Part shown: positions 1-12,900 of the stretch, one piece after another
How positions within the stretch are numbered: position 1 is the stretch's first letter
Layout: every line of letters starts with the position of its first letter
DNA from: Macrostomum lignano
Taxonomy: Eukaryota
Assembly (NCBI GenBank): GCA_002269645.1
Contig: NIVC01000984.1
Span: forward strand, 310,001 to 374,000
Direction: 5' to 3'
Length of the DNA stretch: 64,000 nucleotides
The notes under the pieces: generated by a model
The model's database searches: none
What the model saw: only the letters and a program-made list of their open reading frames with translations
What the model was told of the DNA's origin: nothing
Position numbers and translations under genes: made by a program

Positions 1-424
1 GCATAAGCCGACTGAAACAAATCTAAACTGAAAATACAGTTCGCACCTTTACCAACCATCTGGGCCTTTCTCGGCTACTCTTTGGCTAAAGCAACACACG
101 CTTATTTTCTCTCGTTATTTTAGCTACCGTAGTCTTTTTCTTAGCTTAGCAGCAAATTGGCTTCATCTGCGCCAGTGAAGCTGGGCGGCGGATGGTTGAC
201 TGTACGGGGCTGCATCAGTATTCTGTATCAGCTATCCCCGTGGCTCTTCATAATGAATCATCATAAAAAACTGTCGCACCGCACAACGCAACGCTTAGTC
301 ATTGTCGCGTCTTGAAACTGGGAACTGCAAAAAAGCTGATAGAATCCTTGGGACAATCTAATTGGGGATTTACCGGTTGAATCGAATAATCAAATTCAAC
401 CAGTTTGAATCTCCCTCTCTTGCC

Positions 425-977
425 AGATTAGTCACCCCAGCATGCGTTTGGACTCCTCCTTCAACAATCTGGTTAACCCCGACCTGTCTCAATTCCAACT
501 TGGTCACTCTAGCATGCCTTGATTTCATCTTGGTCACTCCGACATGCCTTGATTCCAACTTGGTCACTCTGACATGCCTTAATTTCATCTTGGTCACTCC
601 GACATGTCTTGATTCCATCTTGGTCACTCTGACATGCCTTGATCTGATCATCTTGGTCACTCCGACATGCCTTGATCTCATCTTGGTCACTCCGACATGC
701 CTTGATCTCATCTTGGTCACTCCGACATGCCTTGATCTCATCTTGGTCACTCCGACATGCCTTGATCTCATCTTGGTCACTCCGACATGTCTTGATCTCA
801 TCTTGGTCACTCCGACATGCCTTGATCTCATCTTGGTCACTCCGACATGCCTTGATCTCATCTTGGTCACTCCGACATGCCTTGATTCTAACTTGGTCAC
901 TCCGACATGCTTTGATTGCAAATTGGGCACTCAGAAGCATTTCTAACCTAGCTTGGTCACTCCGACATCCTGCTTAC
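425..977. repeat. 30-bp minisatellite TCTTGGTCACTCCGACATGCCTTGATCTCA
   Basis: Near-perfect core about 650-890, with degenerate flanks. Confidence 0.95.
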
Positions 978-3900
978 CCAGTTTTGTCACTCCGACATCC
1001 TCCAAATCCTCCCAGGCCATCTGCGGCAGGTCGCGCGCCTTGGCGAAGCCGTGCTCAGCCAACGCTTCGCCGACATCCGCAGGCAGGCCGAGGCGCTTGC
1101 ACAGCTCCCCGACTGGCGCCAGCGGCGGCGCAGCCCTGGCGGCCTCCTCAACGGGATCAGGCAGGCCGGCAGCGGCGGCCGCCTGCGCCAGCCTCGCCAG
1201 CTCAGCTCTCAGCCGCTTCCGATGCTTCGGATTCGTCAGGCCCACCGCGTTGAGATCCTCCGGCGTGCAGCGCATCATCGCCGCCAGATCGTAGCCGGCG
1301 TCGGCGAAATTGCGATAATAGACGCCAAATTGCGCCTGGTTGAGAAACCGGAGCAGCTGCTCGCTGGGCGACAGGCCCGCGCGGCGCCACTCGTCAGGTC
1401 TGTAGGCTGGCGGCTCAGCGCCGCCGCCCAGGCCGGAGCTCGAGCTCAGCATGGAGGCGCAGTCGTCGCCGCCCAGGCTGCCAGCCGAGCTGCCAGACGA
1501 GCAGGTGGCGCTGCCGATGCTCACCACGCTTTGCCGGGGACCGAGGCCGGAATCGACGGAGCCTTTCAGCCCGTTGGCCGCCGCCGCCGCTCCGGGTGGT
1601 GCCGCGGGTGCGGCTGGTGCTGCAGCATGCGATGCAGATGCCTGCGCGCAGGTGGCGGAGCGCAATTAGCTCAAAATAGGCAGGTGAACTTTATCGTTCG
1701 AGAGATACGATTCTAAGAAAGCGGTTACTATGCTCAAAATAATAATGCAAAAGATAATACAATCAATACCTGCGACTTTGAGACTGTCTTTCTTGAAGAC
1801 TGTCCGTCACGTTTAAAAACTAACTGTATGCTTTCTCATGAGTCTTTTAAAAGGTTCGGAATTGAGCCCTGAGTTCGAGCTCTTACAGCTCCTGACCGAA
1901 CAGGTCGTATAGCTCATAGAAATGTTGCGAAATCCCTTCCTGAACCCGTTTGGTCTGCAGCTTCATTGCGGACTCCATCATAGGAGCTGGCACTGTTGAG
2001 GGGCCGACACCCCAGAACCTGTACATCACCTGTACAGTGGGGTTGAACTGGAGCAAAATTTGAACTGGACTACGCAATCTACTATTAAAAATGTTAATAC
2101 TAGGAAAATATACTACTTATATAGACTACTTACTGATTCGATTCGGGTCTGGTTAGCATAGAATTGAGACGCCCACTGACAGACGGAGAGCCAGACGGAC
2201 TCAGTCTGCCTCCCGTCTGCAGCAAAACTGCTTCATACCCAAATGCTCAATCGGTCTCATTATGGAAATGAAATGGATGGCTGATTCCAAGTTTTAGCTC
2301 GCCCTATCCAACCCCCCTCAAAGTGCACCGACACTGCACCCGAACAGAATGGAAACTTTCATGCAACAGTCATATTGGCGCATTGCGAGTGCGAATTTGC
2401 ATCAAAATTAAAGTATGCCCAACGGTGCCGTGAAGTCCGCCCCAGCCTCCCCTTTAAGCTGGAGAAATTTGCATAAAAGCAATCAAGTCTGCCCGTTCTT
2501 AACTGCACTTGTCCGGAACACTCTGGCGAAGTCTGCGAGATTATGATTGTCCATCACATCGCATGCCGTCAAACGGCATCAGGACTCTGTTGCATTATTT
2601 TAATATCGAGCGGTATAGGACGGATGTCTCAAAAGGATTATAAAAGCAAGCAACAGATTACTACTGATATCGATAAAATCGATCAAAATAGCTCGTAAGA
2701 ATACACTTTCGGTTTACTGAACCTATGTCAAGGACTCAAAATGGACGGTAGCTTCTATGATAGATTTTACTTCTAATCAAATTAGGCCAAATTTAATCTA
2801 CAATAGGCTTATATGAGCGTACATAAAATGAACGATGGCTCGGTTGATAGTATTGACAATAAACCTAATGGAATCGACGATACACCTCATAGATTCAACG
2901 ATACACCTGATACGAGCTAGAACCGCCGATTCACCTAATAGAACCGACGATACACCTGATAGAGCCGACGATACACCTGATAGAACCGACAATACACCTG
3001 ATAGAGCCGACGATACACCTGATAGAACCGACAATACACCTGATAGAGCCGACGATACACCTGATAGAACCGACAATACACCTGATAGAGCCGACGATAC
3101 ACCTGATAGAACCGACGATACACCTGATAGAACCGACAATACACCTGATAGAGCCGACGATACACCTGATAGAACCGACGATACACCTGATAGAACCGAC
3201 GATACACCTGATAGATTCAACGATACACCTGATAGAACCGACGATACACCTGATAGAACCGACAATACACCTGATAGAGCCGACGATACACCTGATAGAA
3301 CCGACGATACACCTGATAGAACCGACGATACACCTGATAGATTCAACGATACACCTGATAGAACCGACGATACACCTGATAGAACCGACGATACACCTGA
3401 TAGAACCGACGATACACCTGATAGAACGACGATAGACCTAAAACAATCATCGATAGGCCTACTAGAATCGATGACAGACCGCCGCCCCTCACCTTAGCCG
3501 GCTGCCGTCCCTCCGGTCCCGCAGTCGCCGTGGGCAGCACGTGCACGGCGCTGCATGGGAAATAGCCCGCCCTAGACGGGCCCTCCTTGCTGACGTAGCC
3601 CTTCCACATGGCCGGGTTGGGGTGCCGGCCGCCGCCTCGCTCCAGCACGGTGAGCCGCTCGCCCAGTCTGAACGCGATGCTGCTGGAGTCGGCCAAGTCG
3701 CAGTAGTCGCGAATCGCCTCAGCCTCAACAGCCTGGAGCCGCTCTGGAAGAGACAACGCAGGGGCACATTTTGGGCTTGGGTTAGAAATTCAGAGACGCG
3801 GTGGGGGAGAGGATGCAGAAAGGATTCCCCGGAAGGCCAATCCCCATTCGGGGCAAGTCATTTCCTCTATCCTGTTTTCATTTTGCAATTCAAAGTTCAT

Positions 3901-6900
3901 CAATGGCAGCAATGCATCATGGATTCAATTCTTGGAATAACAATTCCTATACAGTAGAAAAGGTTCGAGCCCGTATACCATAAACTGTTCGTCAAAATGC
4001 CGCTATTTAATGGCCGCATTCGTTGCTGCTCTTGGGCTCGATTCTTGCCAAAGCTAGCTTGGTGTCCACTTGCGCCACTCTACATGTATGAGCACCAATA
4101 AATCAATAGATACATTACCTATGAGCCAGTGATCCACCTGACAGAGTCCCATTGAGCAGTGGATTCACTGACACATTCCCAATGAGCCATTGATCAACTG
4201 ACACATTCCCATTGAGGCTTTTGATCCACTGACACATTCCCAATGAGGATTTTGATCCACTGACACATTCCCAATGAGCCATTGATCCACTGACACATTC
4301 CCAATGAACCACTGACCCATTGATGGACGCAGTGAACTAAATATTATGCTACACTATTTTTTCAATAGTAGCAACGCAGCTGGCCCAAGTCGCTACAGTC
4401 AATGTTCGTCATATAACTTTCAAGACCTGACTCTCTGCATTTCGCCCGAATGTCAAAATAAACACTACAAGTTTTACACAGCCTAGTCAGTAGCAATTCC
4501 AAAGATCGACAGGAAGACAGACAGACAGACAGGAGGTTGAACCTGAAGTTCGGTTGGCGTAAAAAAATTGAATTCCCGCGGCCTCAATCCTTCCTGCCGC
4601 GTCACCTGTACGCCAATCCTGCAGTCGGTGAGAAAAAGCCTACCCGCCTACTGCACAGTCTCCAACTGCAGAATGCACTTCACAGCTGCTGGCATTTCAC
4701 CTCACCTGCTCCCTCCCCTCTAACAACCAAAGCAGGCCCAATTGACGTAGTTGTGATTGGGATCTGAGGTTGGCCCTGAAGCGAGCCATTTCCCGACCTT
4801 AAGGCTCTACTGCTGCAGCAGCAGCAGCCACTGCAAGATATGCAACAAAGTCCCAATGTGGCTTTTCACGGTCAAGGCAATCTGCTGACAAGACAGCCAC
4901 GCAGGCGACGGTCCACCGACCCCTCCCTCCGCACGGAAACAAAGCAAGACAGGTGTCAGTGCCTAGAGCTTGACGTTTGCGCCGGAAATGGCTTCTTTGT
5001 AAACTAGCTAACTGATGGCACATGGCACAATTTGCACATGGACACACAATCAGCACATGGACACATACACAATCAGCACATGGACACACACGCAATCAGC
5101 ACATGGACACACGCAATCAGCACAGGGACACATACGCAATCAGCACATGGAAACACACGCAATCAGCACATGGACACACACGCAATAAGCACATGGACTC
5201 ACACACAATCAGCACATGGACACACACACAATCAGCACATAGACACACACGCAATCAGCACATGGACACATACACAATCAGCACATGGACACACACGCAA
5301 TCAGCACATGGACACACACGCAATCAGCACATGGACACACACGCAATCAGCACATGGACACATACACAATCAGCACATGGACACACACGCAATCAGCACA
5401 TGGACACACACGCAATCAGCACATGGACACATACACAATCAGCACATGGACACACACGCAATCAGCACATGGACACACACGCAATCAGCACAAGGACACA
5501 CACGCAATAAGCACATGGACTCACACACAATCAGCACATGGACACACACACAATCAGCACATGGACACACACGCAATCAGCACATGGACACATACACAAT
5601 CAGCACATGGACACACACGCAATCAGCACATGGACACACACGCAATCAGCACATGGACACACACAAATCAGCCCATAGACAGACACACACAATCAGCACA
5701 TGGACACACACGCAATCAGCACATGGACACACACGCAAATCAGCACATGGACACACACGCAATCAGCACATGGACACACACAGATCAGCACATGGACACA
5801 CACAAATCAGCACATGGACACACACGCAATCAGCACATGGACACACACGCAATCAGCCCATAGACAGACACACACAATCAGCACATGGACACACACAAAT
5901 CAGCCCATAGACAGACACACACAATCAGCACATGGACACACACGCAATCAGCACATGGACACACGCAAATCAGCACATGGACACACACGCAATCAGCACA
6001 TGGACACACACAGATCAGCACATGGACACACACAAATCAGCACATGGACACACACGCAATCAGCACATGGACACACACGCAATCAGCACATGGACACACG
6101 CAATCAGCCCATAGACAGACACACACAATCAGCACATGGACACAAACGCAATAAGCACATGGACACACACACAATCAGCACATGGACACATACGCAATCA
6201 GCACATGGACACACACGCAATCAGCACATGGACACACACGCAAATCAGCACATGGACACACACGCAATCAGCACATGGACACACACAGATCAGCACATGG
6301 ACACACACAAATCAGCACATGGACACACACGCAATCAGCACATGGACACACACGCAATCAGCCCATAGACAGACACACACAATCAGCACATGGACACACA
6401 CAAATCAGCCCATAGACAGACACACACAATCAGCACATGGACACACACGCAATCAGCACATGGACACACGCAAATCAGCACATGGACACACACGCAATCA
6501 GCACATGGACACACACAGATCAGCACATGGACACACACAAATCAGCACATGGACACACACGCAATCAGCACATGGACACACACGCAATCAGCACATGGAC
6601 ACACGCAATCAGCCCATAGACAGACACACACAATCAGCACATGGACACAAACGCAATAAGCACATGGACACACACACAATCAGCACATGGACACATACGC
6701 AATCAGCACATGGACACACACGCAATAAGCACATGGACACACACGCAATAAGCACATGGACACAAACGCAATCAGCACATGGACACATACACAATCAGCA
6801 CATGGACACATACGCAATCAGCACATATACACAAACGCAATCAGCACATGGACACACACGCAATCAGCACATGGACACACGCAATTAGCACATGGACACA

Positions 6901-9900
6901 AACGCAATCAGCACATGGACACACACACAGTCAGCACATGGACACACACAATCAGCACATGGACACATACGCAATCAGCACATGAACACACACGCAATCA
7001 GCACATAAAACCCTGATGAGGCCAAGCTACAAGCAAAGGCCCATACAAATTCTCATAGCCTTACCGTCCAACAGATGCTGCAACTCCTTGCTATTGGGCG
7101 TCTCCCTGCTGATGGCGTCCTTGGCCGTCTGGCCGTAGCTGTTCTCCAGGGACGGGTCGACGCCTTGCTGCAGAAATGAATGAAGGTTGCAACGCAGAGT
7201 TAGAGATTTCTAACACACCCTGAAAGGCTGGCGGTAGATAAAGAGTTCTAGCAGTGGCGGCTGAGAGCGGCTCGGGAGTGGGCAACTGGAATTCCCCATT
7301 CGTTAATCCGGTCGGGAGCCGCCAGTTACGTAACAGCAGGCAGAGAGAGCCTTGATGGTATTGGTGGGCTAACACGGGCGAGAAAGAGGGGAGAGAAGAG
7401 AGGAGAGAGCATGGTAGTGCGTCAGAATTGTGCGTCATCCATTCACGACTAGCCCACTCCCTCCCCCCTCTAAAAAATCCCAAGATTAGGAACTCCCACA
7501 CCAACATCCGAAAGCGATGAACAATAAATTCTGCCCTAGTCAGTCAATGCTGCGGTCTGCAGAGACTTAAATCAAGGAGACCTAAAATGAGAATTTTTAG
7601 TAGCAACTCTTCCCAAAATTCCACATTCTCAGACACGATAAGGCTGGCTGTAGCTTTGCAAATCCCACATTCTCAGACACGATAAGGCTGACTGTAGCTT
7701 TGCAAATCCCACATTCTCAGACACGATAAGGCTGACTGTAGCTTTGCAAATCCCACATTCTCAGACACGATAAGGCTGACTGTAGCTTTGCAAATCCCAC
7801 ATTCTCAGACACGATAAGGCTGACTGTAGCTTTGCAAATCCCACATTCTCAGACACGATAAGGCTGACTGTAGCTTTGCAAATCCCACATTCTCAGACAC
7901 GATAAGGCTGACTGTAGCTTTGCAAATCCCACATTCTCAGACACGATAAGGCTGGCTGTAGCTTTGCAAATCCCACATTCTCAGACACGATAAGGCTGAC
8001 TGTAGCTTTGCAAATCCCACATTCTCAGACACGATAAGGCTGACTGTAGCTTTGCAAATCCCACATTCTCAGACACGATAAGGCTGGCTGTAGCTTTGCA
8101 AATCCCACATTCTCAGACACGATAAGGCTGGCTGTAGCTTTGCAAATCCCACATTCTCAGACACGATAAGGCTGGCTGTAGCTTTGCAAATCCCACATTC
8201 TCAGACACGATAAGGCTGGCTGTAGCTTTGCAAATCCCACATTCTCAGACACGATAAGGCTGGCTGTAGCTTTGCAAATCCCACATTCTCAGACACGATA
8301 AGGCTGGCTGTAGCTTTGCAAATCCCACATTCTCAGACACGATAAGGCTGACTGTAGCTTTGCAAATCCCACATTCTCAGACACGATAAGGCTGGCTGTA
8401 GCTTTGCAAATCCCACATTCTCAGACACGATAAGGCTGGCTGTAGCTTTGCAAATCCGTAAATAAAGTGTTTTTGTAGCCATCAAACTGTAAGCAGAAAT
8501 TCTAATAATCGTTCTAGAAGATATGAGCTCCAAGCAATTAGCTACTCCAATTAACGGTTCTAAATCTCCTTGGCTGAGTCCCCTGTCTCTCGCTCCCTCC
8601 AAAGCTCAAACCCCAGGTGAGCAGGCGGCGGGTAGAAATTGTGGTTGGGGTTGAAGAAGGAATAGACATGGACAGTTAAATAGGAGGATGAGCAGACCGT
8701 CTTCATCCACCCACCCTGCAGACTCTTCTAATGGGCGCTCTCTGGGGACCGAGGTGACTCACCCAATTCTGGGATGAAGAGCAATACTGGAGTCTGGGCT
8801 TCGGTGTGTGCGTGTGCGTTTCTTGGAACGGTGCGAGTGTATTTATTGACAGTAGATCTGGTAGTCAGGCCTCCAAGAGGTGTGTAGGGAGGGCAGTCGA
8901 TGAAATGAAGGGTGGTGGAGGCAAAAGGGATGGAGGGAGAATGAAGGGGGAGGCAAAGCACTGAATGGAAATGAAGGGTGGGGAGAGAGGGGAGGGAAAG
9001 TAGAGAAGGGAAATGAAGGGTGGGGAGAGAGGGGAGGCAAATCAGAGAAGGGGAATGAAGGGTGGGGAGAGAGGGGAGGCAAATCAGAGAAGGGGAATGA
9101 AGGGTGGGGAGAGAGGGGAGGGAAAGTAGAGAAGGGGAATGAAGGGTGGGGAGAGAGGGGAGGCAAATCAGAGAAGGGGAATGAAGGGTGGGGAGAGAGG
9201 GGAGGGAAAGCAGAGAAGGGAAATGAAGGGTGGGGAGAGAGGGGAGGCAAATCAGAGAAGGGGAATGAAGGGTGGGGAGAGAGGGGAGGGAAAGTAGAGA
9301 AGGGGAATGAAGGGTGGGGAGAGAGGGGAGGCAAATCAGAGAAGGGGAATGAAGGGTGGGGAGAGAGGGGAGGCAAATCAGAGAAGGGGAATGAAGGGTG
9401 GGGAGAGAGGGGAGTGAAAGCAGAGAAGGGAAATGAAGGGTGGGGAGAGAGGGGAGGCAAATCAGAGAAGGGGAATGAAGGGTGAGGAGAGAGTGGAGGC
9501 AAATCAGAGAAGGGAAATGAAGGGTGAGGAGAGAGTGGAGGCAAATCAGAGAAGGGAAATGAAGGGTGGGGAGAGAGGGGAGGCAAATCAGAGAAGGGGA
9601 ATGAAGGGTGGGGAGAGAGGGGAGGCAAATCAGAGAAGGGGAATGAAGGGTGGGGAGAGAGGGGAGTGAAAGCAGAGAAGGGAAATGAAGGGTGGGGAGA
9701 GAGGGGAGGCAAATCAGAGAAGGGGAATGAAGGGTGAGGAGAGAGTGGAGGCAAATCAGAGAAGGGAAATGAAGGGTGAGGAGAGAGTGGAGGCAAATCA
9801 GAGAAGGGAAATGAAGGGTGGGGAGAGAGGGGAGGCAAATCAGAGAAGGGGAATGAAGGGTAGGGAGAGGGAAGGAATGCACAGAAGGAAATAGAAGTTA

Positions 9901-12900
9901 TCCATGTGGCAGATATGGAATAGAAATCTTACCCCGAATTTGCTACAACCAGAGCCCATTAGCTAGCTCTCACAACACAAGCTTCTAGCTTGAAGTACTT
10001 ATCTAAACCCTTCCTGCATTCGACAATCCTGTCCAATATTTGTTTCTACATTAAACTAGCAGAGATGAGATAGCCTACAGCAGTAATTAAATGGTCAATA
10101 TTGAAGCGCAGACTTTGCGCGCTGGCTCGGGCGGCACTAAACAAGAAGACTGATGGCCCATGGTGTCCGCCAGTAGCGGGCGGACTGACTCAACCGCTAC
10201 GAGCGGCGAGACTCGCGCAGAGCAAATGCAGCATCCGCTACTTTGATCTTCTCCCATCTACCCCCTCCGCTGAGAACAGGGCAGACAGCAGCCTCTATGG
10301 TGAGATTTATAGGGGCTCAGAAAAATGCGCAAGTAAGCCAGGGTATGTACGAGTAGGATTTTTTGTGCCGAATGCAAGCCAAAAGCGAAAATGGGTAGCA
10401 AAATTTGAGGTCAAACAGAGACGGAACATCATGGATGCCAGTCACTGAATTCATGCCAGTAAATGCTGGGATTAAGCCCAGTTCAAGACTTCGTGTGTTT
10501 GTTGGTAAATGTTTTTATAACACTGTGGCAGCCAAACCAATACCGGATTTACTGAATAAATACTCTCACTGTTCACTGTTCACTTTTTCTTGGGTCTTTG
10601 TCTGCTCACGAAATTCCCAATGAGCCCCGATCCAGTGACACATTCCCAATGAGCCATTGATCCACTGACACATTCCCAATGAGCCTCTGATCCACTGACA
10701 CATTCATAATGAGCCTCTGATCCACTGACACATTCCCAATGAGACTCTGATCCACTGACACATTCCCAATGAGACTCTAATCCACTGACACATTCCCAAT
10801 GAGCCTTCTGATCCACTGTCACATTCCCAATGAGCCTTCTGATCCACTGGCACATTCCCAATGAGCCTCTGATCCACTGACAACATTCCCAATGAGACTC
10901 TGATCCACTGACACATTCCCAATGAGCCTTCTGATCCACTGGCACATTCCCAATGAGCCTCTGATCCACTGACACATTCCCAATGAGACTCTGATCCACT
11001 GACACATTCCCAATGAGACTCTGATCCACTGGCACATTCCCAATGAGCCTCTGATCCACTGGCACATTCCCAATGAGCCTTCTGATCCACTGGCACATTC
11101 CCAATGAGCCTCTGATCCACTGACACATTCCCAATGAGCCTCTGATCCACTGACATATTCCCAATGAGACTCTGATCCACTGACACATTCCCAATGAGCC
11201 ATTGATCCACTGACATTCCCAATGAGCCTCTGATCCACTGACACATTCCCAATGAGCCTTCTGATCCACTGGCACATTCCCAATGAGCCTTCTGATCCAC
11301 TGGCACATTCCCAATGAGCCTCTAATCCACTGACACATTCCCAATGAGACTCTGATCCACTGACACATTCCCAATGAGCCATTGATCCACTGAAATTCCC
11401 AATGAGCCTCTGATCTACTGACAACATTCCCAATGAGCCTTCTGATCCACTGGCACATTCCCAATGAGCCTTCTGATCCACTGACACATTCCCAATGAGC
11501 CTTCTGATCCACTGACATTCCCAATGAGTCTTTAATCCACTGGCCCATTCCCAATGAGCCTTCTGATCCACTGGCCCATTCCCAATGAGCCTTCTGATCC
11601 ACTGGCACATTCCCAATGAGCCTTCTGATCCACTGGCACATTCCCAATGAGCCTTCTGATCCACTGGCACATTCCCAATGAGCCTTCTGATCCACTGGCA
11701 CATTCCCAATGAGCCTTCTGATCCACTGGCACATTCCCAATGAGACTCTAATCCACTGACACATTCCCAATGAGCCTTCTGATCCACTGACACATTCCCA
11801 ATGAGCCTTCTGATCCACTGACACATTCCCAATGAGCCTTCTGATCCACTGACACATTCCCCTGAATGCAAGCACTTATGCATGCAACTCTGAAACCAAG
11901 AGTTTCAAATTTACTCAATCTAATTTCGTGATTATTAGACTTAGTAGTTCAAAAAGAAATCGTCTTTGAGTGGCAGCCAGAGAATGAACTCAAAGAACCT
12001 GTGAGCACCAGTGAAATATACCACTGCATCAGCAGCAGCGCCGCCCCCTGAGCACACAAAGCACTCCAAGCCATTAATGGACTAAGTGGGGATTGAGTAA
12101 AGCTAAGGACCATGGAGGAAAATCGCCAAAAAGGACGGCATTGAGAGACAGAAATAAGAGAGGAAAAGAGAGACTGCAGAAGCAAAACAGGGGGTGGAAG
12201 AAGGCCAAAAGGCTGGCAGTGCAGCCTGACAAACACTCAAGTTGCTCTGGGCCATTGCCTCTCGCTTTCACCACCAGTGCACTCCATTGGGGTCATCCAG
12301 GGTGACCCGACTCGGTTGGCGGCTTCCCAGTTCAACCCCAGACCCGTCTGAGCCATGGCTAAATACAGTAGAGTTATTAGTAGAGTGACCAATTGTCCCT
12401 TCCCGTGTAGCCCCTGACAGTGAGTTACTGATTGACAGGTGTCCATTTTTACTTTGAGAAATTCAAATCCACATGTAAGTCTTCTCTTAGAGCGATTCTT
12501 AAAAAATCCCGCAAATTTGCTTAGAATTCCTGGAAAGTTTCTTAGAAATTACTGCAGCGATCTATAAAATTCATAAAGGGGTTCTTAAAATTCATGAAGG
12601 AATTTTTAGAATTCATAGAGGGATTTTTAGAATTCATAGAACGATTCTTAGAATTCATCGAGGGATGACTTCGTGTGTTTGTCGGTAAATGTTTTTATAA
12701 CACTGTGGCAGCCAAACCAATACCGGATTTACTGAATAAATACTCTCACTGTTCACTGTTCACTTTTTCTTGGGCCTTTGTCTGCTCACGAAATTCCCAA
12801 TGAGCCCCGATCCAGTGACACATTCCCAATGAGCCATTGATCCACTGACACATTCCCAATGAGCCTCTGATCCACTGACACATTCCTAATGAGCCTCTGA

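Noticed and set aside
1-425. Remaining Caskin SAM2 exon (expected GHQKKL-like)
   Set aside because: No phase-1 acceptor in 1-425 gives a SAM helix-5 sequence, so the exon probably lies outside the window.
1883-2077. Possible extra Caskin exon between SH3 and SAM
   Set aside because: Acceptor-like sites exist but there is no good phase-0 donor and no family similarity. The flanking exons already join in frame.
3961-3975. GGTTCGAGCCC resembling a tRNA T-loop or B box
   Set aside because: No cloverleaf, acceptor stem or A box around it.
7620-8457. CRISPR-like appearance of regular 30-44-bp repeats (also 53778-54955)
   Set aside because: Units are directly adjacent with no unique spacers, there are no cas genes, and the context is a eukaryotic intron or spacer.
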